Source: Octopus sinensis (lineage: Eukaryota). Taken from it: a stretch of DNA of 30,365 nt. The notes under the pieces were generated by a model, which did not search any database, was not told the DNA's origin, and worked only from the letters and a program-made list of their open reading frames with translations. The stretch lies in NCBI RefSeq assembly GCF_006345805.1, contig NW_021832708.1, positions 1 through 30,365 of the forward strand. The letters run 5' to 3'. A program made the translations under genes and the position numbers. Positions within the stretch are counted from its first letter, which is position 1; the number at the start of each line of letters is the position of its first letter. Shown piece after piece: positions 25,263-30,365 of the stretch.

Positions 25263-28240
25263 TCATGGAGGCTTTCTAGCAACTGCTATTTGGTGCATGA
25301 GAGAGTTCGATGCAGCTGCCCTCATCTGCCCCTCCTGCCGTGAAGTTGGTTCATCTGGGACACCTGACAGAAAGATCCAGCTTCATTTTAAAGACTCCTT
25401 ATCCACCCCATGCAGGTCTCTCAGGTTCTTCGGGGGATATTGAAGAGCTGTGGGCCTCGGAAGCCCAGGCTATCACAGTATCTTGTCCTACATCTTGATG
25501 GCAGTTTGGAGTCCTAGGCACCACGCAGTGGCGCCCAGTTCTGGCATTTGCGTAACTCTCGATGCCAAAGTTCAGGACTTCCCTCCAGGATCTTCCAGAT
25601 GTATATTATGGCATATCTTTCCCGCCTACCTCCAGGGATATAATTTTAATCTCTTGAGTCTTTCCGTAGCTTACATTCTGCATAGAGGCTATCTTCTTTG
25701 TGTAGCTTCGTTGGATCGCCTCAAGTTCTGTGATCAACTTGACACTGGATGGTGACCATAGCTGAGAGCAATAGTCAAAGTGGCTTAGGACAAGTGTCTT
25801 CCAGAGGACCATCATGGTTTCTTGTTCTCTTGTTCTAAAGGTTCTAAGAATCCATCCAGCCAGCCGTCTACATTTCATTGTCAGTTTAGCAACATGTACA
25901 TGAAAGGTCGCGTCCACTCATGTGAATACCCAGGTCACGCACTGATTGTGCCTCTGGGATTGCAATCCCTCCGGGTCCAGTGTATTCATTGGGTATTGCA
26001 TTCAGCTTTGCATGCTGATAGTATAAAGCTTGAAACTTTCCAGCATTGAACTGCATGCTATTCTTTTCAGCCCACTTGTATATTCGTCGTCCAGCTCACA
26101 TTGCAGGTGTTTAGTGTCCTCAGGGTTCTGTATTGCCTGTGAAACTTTTGTATCATCTGCATAACTTGTGATCGTGGCTCTCTGCGTGGCTGAGGGCATG
26201 TCTGAGAGGGCCATTATGAACAGTAGTGGTCCCAGAACAGTGCCCTGCGGAACACCGCTCACTATTTGTGTGTAATGGAGGTGGCCCCATTGGCTACTAC
26301 CACCCTGACTTCTATCCTTCAGAAAGTCATGAAGCCATTCTCCCAGTTTTCCAACTATGTTGAGATCCGCAGTTTGTGACATATCATTCCATGATCGACT
26401 TTATCAAAGGCCTTTGCAAAGTCGAGATATATCATCTTCCACATTTGAGTGGTTGAGCAGCCGTTTCAGCACCCAGTCATAGTGTTGTAGGAGCTGAGTT
26501 AAACAGCTTCTCCCTGGTCGGAAACCATGTTGGGTGTCGGGAAGCAAGTCATTCTCTTCAAGGAAGGTGATCAGCTTCCTTCTGACTATTCGTTCCATGA
26601 CCTTGCTGATGTGTGAGGTCAGAGAGATAGGTCTATAGTTCTTGGCTTCCGCTCTTGCTACCTCCTTTATGAATGGGGCATATTTAGCTTCCTTCAGTTT
26701 TCCTGGAAGTTTGCCAGCTGCAAGGAAGCTCTGAAAGAGGAACTGCAGTGGTCTTGCTAGGACTCTCTTACATGCTTTTAGGAGGATTGCCGGGAATCCA
26801 TCGGGGCCAGTAGCTGAGTCTGTTTTCATTTCATCTATAGCCTTGGTTACATCGTCGTCTCCTTTATATCGATGTAATCTATCGTCGCCGCCTCTGATTT
26901 TATATCTGCAGTGGTAAAAAAGTTAGTTGGATTGGTGATTTGGAGATGCCCAAGGGGTGGAGTGAAAACACTCTTGAATTGCTCATTCAGTATTTCACTT
27001 ACCCTCATTGGTTTTCCTGTAAGTGTGCCATCCTTTTCGAGGAGTGGCCCTATTCTACAGTGCACTGTAGCTGTTTCTTTGGCATACCTGTAGAAAGCTC
27101 TGGGGTTAGATTTTATGTTTTCTATAGCCCAGGCTTCTTTGTCTGCTCTTTCTTTTTCATGGGAGAGTTGCAGACATTTTTCGATTTCCAACAGTTTTAT
27201 TTTTAGGCGGGACTTTTCACTGCTTTCAATCTGTTTGTTTAGGCGATTTGAAAATTTCGTACGCCGTCTCATTAAAATTTTCCTCTCTCTGGGGATTTTG
27301 TTCTTGTGTACAGTGGCCTTTCTCTCTGGGACACATTTGTAGCATATGGCTTGCATTACAGACATGAATTGTTGAAGTTTCACGTCGATGTCTGGCGAGG
27401 AGAGACATTTAGGCCAGTTTTGTTTGAGGATCTCTTTCTCAATTTGTTTCCAGTTTGCCTTATGGTAGTTCAAGCTGGAAAGATTTTGAGGGTTTCTTGT
27501 AGGCTGCATGTCCGTGCTCTCTTTTGCCGTACATGGTCAGCTCTATCATGTTGTGATCCGAGAGTAGTGTCGGTGTCACTTTCACATTATGGATGAGATC
27601 CATGTCATTTGTGAAGCAGAGATCCAGTGTGTTACCTGCCCTGGTTGGTTGGAGTATTACCTGCTCCATGTACAGGGTGTTGAGGGTTCAGGAGGACCTC
27701 GCCTGTCCTCGTTCACATCTTGTCATTCCTGGGAGAGAAAGGCCCTCGGGCCATCTGACATTGGGCAGATTGAAGTCTCCCATAACAAGCACACCTATGT
27801 GTTGTTCTAATGTGGTTAGAACTTCTATTTTTATAAGGCAGTCTTCAACTTGCCCACATGGCTTGGGCATCTGGAGGGCGATATGTAGCACACACAACTA
27901 CATCAAGTTGCCTAATATGTACAATTAGTGTGTCACACACCGAGTTTGAGTATGACAAGAGGACCTGGGGTGTGAGGTCCTCACGGATGTACATAGCAAC
28001 ACCTCCATGACTCCTTTCTTTCCTGTCGTTCCGTAGTACAGCATACTGTGGTATGTGTAACTCCGCATCTGCTATGTCCGGTTTCAGGTGCGTTTCTGTA
28101 AGTGCTATGCATAAGGCTTGATTGCATGCAACAAAGTCTCTCAGGAACGGGATCTTTGTCCTGTTACTGAGTGTTTGCAGTCCTCTGATGTTCAGTAGGA
28201 GTATCGAGGTGAGGTGTACGTTGTTGCCGGCGGTGTCCAT
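25263..28240 (-). pseudogene. LINE ORF2 (APE endonuclease plus reverse transcriptase), frameshifted
   Basis: Fragments LLLNIRGL/LTETHL/YRPP, GDFNLP, LDLCFT/SDHN, NYRPISLTS/QHGFRPGRSC, GVPQGTVLGP/YADDTK, FDYCSQLWSP. Confidence 0.92.
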
Positions 28241-29105
28241 CCTGTGTCTGTTTGCTGTGGTGGTCTGTTATATAGTGGGTAGTCCCACCTGTGGGCTTGG
28301 GTTTGATGAAGCCAGGTCAGCTGCTGTACAATCTTTTGTGCCATGCACAAAAAAGATTGTTGCTCAGCAGCTGCTCTTTCGACAACATCATGTTGGCTGT
28401 TTGTGCGCGCACAACATCTGCGTACCTCCGCTTTGGGGCAGGTGGTGCGTGGTCCATCCCTTTTCTTTGTGTTGATGGTTTGTCCATCTGCCTCGTGTCT
28501 CTGTGGCAGGGTCCCCGATGTGCAAAGCGGCAGCCTGCACCTTCCTTTCCATGCCAGCAGGAACCTCTCAGGTAGAACATACCCACCCTGTGCGCTGTTT
28601 GGTTCCATCCTTTGCGGTTCCACTTCTATTTCTGGTTGTTTCATTCATCTTTGGTCCTGCTTGAGCTTTTTCTTTTCCTTTAGCTCTTCCAGTCCTTCTT
28701 TTAGTACTTCTTCTCCCTCTACTCTACCTCTTCACCGGTTCTCCGTCTCCATGGCCCTGGCTGCCGGTTGGAGAACTTGCACCTGGGTTCACTTCCGGGC
28801 AGGTTTCTCATTCAAAACCTCCTCCCGGGCGTCCACCAGGTGGGGGTGACTTCTTTCATCGTCTCCATTCTTGCCATCTTTGCTCCGCTCGTTCTCAAAG
28901 ATGGCATCAAGTGCGCCAATGTGTGACCGTACAAGCGCATATAAGCGCACGAATTCCTGTCTCTTTCGCTCCATCTGAGCCGCTGTCCTCTTGTAGCCTC
29001 TGCTCTTCAGCGCAGCCGCAATCACCTCCTAGGCTATCTCCGCCGGCGCACCCCCATGCTCGTACGAATAATCCAGCTCTCGTCACGTCTCCATGCTCTG
29101 GACAT
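28192..29105 (-). pseudogene. LINE ORF1 (Myb/SANT-like plus CCCH finger), frameshifted
   Basis: IAAALKSRGYKRTAAQMERKRQE, FYLRGSCWHGKEGAGCRFAH and AAAEQQSFLCMAQKIVQQLTWLH align with element A ORF1. Confidence 0.8.
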
Positions 29106-29164
29106 GCTGGATAATCCGTCTATCCGTTTATCTATCTAATTATGTTCGAGAGAAGACAGGAAGA

Positions 29165-30250
29165 TATTAAGGCTAATTAGAAGATAGAGTACTTGAAAAA
29201 GAAATATTAACAATATTAAAGTTTGTGTAAAAACGTTATTTGGGTAAAAACGTTATTTAATCTTAAGGCTAATTAGGGGATAGAGTATCTGAAAATGTAT
29301 TAGCAATATTAATATTATATTAGAGTGTGGGTAGAAAAAAAAACAAAAAAAAAAACGTTATTTAATCTTAAGGCTAATTTGGAGATAGAGTATCTGAAAA
29401 TATATTAGCAAAATTAATATTATATTAGAGTGTGGGTAATATTAAACGTTATTTAATTTAATCTTAAGGCTAATTAGAAGACAGAGTATCTGAAAAATTA
29501 TATATACAATATTTAGCAATATTAACCGTTAATTTAATCTTAAGGCTAATTAGACGTTATTAATATTAAACGTTATTTAATTTAATCTTAAGGCTAATTA
29601 GAAGATAGAGTATCTGAAAATATATTAGCAATATTAATATTATATTAGAGTGTGGATAAAAACGTTATTTAATCTTAAGGCTAATCAGGAGATAGAGTAT
29701 CAGAAAATATATTAGCAATGTTAATATTATATTAGAGTGTGGGTAATATTAAACGTATTTAATTTAATCTTACTTAAGCTAATTAGAAGATAGAGTATCT
29801 GAAGAATTATTAACAATATTAAAACAATATTAAACGTTATTTAATTTAATCTTAAGGCTAATTAACAGTAATTATTAACAATATTAAACAATGTTAAACG
29901 TTATTTAATTTAATCCTAAGGCTAATTAACAATAATTATTAACAATATTAAACGTTATTTAATTTAATCCTAAGGCTAATTAGACGTTTTTAATATTAAA
30001 CGTTATTTAATTTAATCTTAAGGCTAATTAGAAGATAGAGTATCTGAAAATTATTAACAATTTAAAACAATATTAACGTTATTTAATTTAATCTTAAGGC
30101 TAATTAACAATAATTATTAACAATATTAAACAATATTGAACGTTATTTAATTTAATCCTAAGGCTAATTTAAGGTATGACGGTATCAATATTAAACGTTA
30201 TTTAATTTAATATTAAGGCTAATTAGAAGATAGAGTATCTGGAAAATTAT
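29165..30250. repeat. AT-rich modular minisatellite, possibly the 5' UTR of element B
   Basis: Recurring modules TAAGGCTAATT, AGAAGATAGAGTATCTGAAAA, AATATTAAACGTTATTTAAT and TATTAGAGTGTGG in variable order. Confidence 0.85.
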
Positions 30251-30365
30251 TATATCGAGAACAGATATTGAAAATGTAAACAAACAAAATGACGATCGCA
30301 ACTTTAACTAAGATGTGGACCTAAGTGAAAGATAAAATAGAATAATAAATAAAATATGAAATAGA

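Larger units (their letters stand above)
25170..29105 (-). mobile_element. CR1-group LINE (element B), related to element A, (CAAT)n tail
   Basis: Same ORF1/ORF2 layout with many frameshifts; tail at 25170-25193. Confidence 0.9.

Noticed and set aside
29165-30250. CRISPR-like or hammerhead-like reading of the terminal minisatellite
   Set aside because: The spacers are themselves repeated modules, there are no cas genes and the context is eukaryotic. The single CTGAAGA has no GAAAC partner.

Overview
Gene-free, repeat-dense eukaryotic DNA. The repeat style suggests an invertebrate, probably a cephalopod such as octopus; that is an inference, not a database match. About a third of the window is (TA)n/(TACA)n microsatellite, which explains most of the Y/I/M/C-rich ORFs. 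Embedded in it are a 5'-truncated RTE-clade LINE whose ORF carries a C4HC3 PHD finger, a full-length hAT transposon (TIRs, 8-bp TSD) with a nested solo LTR, two related CR1-group LINEs (Myb/SANT-like plus CCCH ORF1) lying tail-to-tail, a truncated copy of one of them, and a tRNA-derived SINE sharing their 3' end. The most notable signal is at 12.7-17.9 kb: two unrelated non-coding tandem arrays (about 558-bp and 473-bp units) in which every full unit carries a type I hammerhead ribozyme motif. There are 10 motifs, each with a palindromic stem III and the same non-canonical A.A junction at the base of stem II. This points to retrozyme/Penelope-like self-cleaving RNA elements. One array inverts midway, and a near-perfect 225-bp palindrome lies just upstream.
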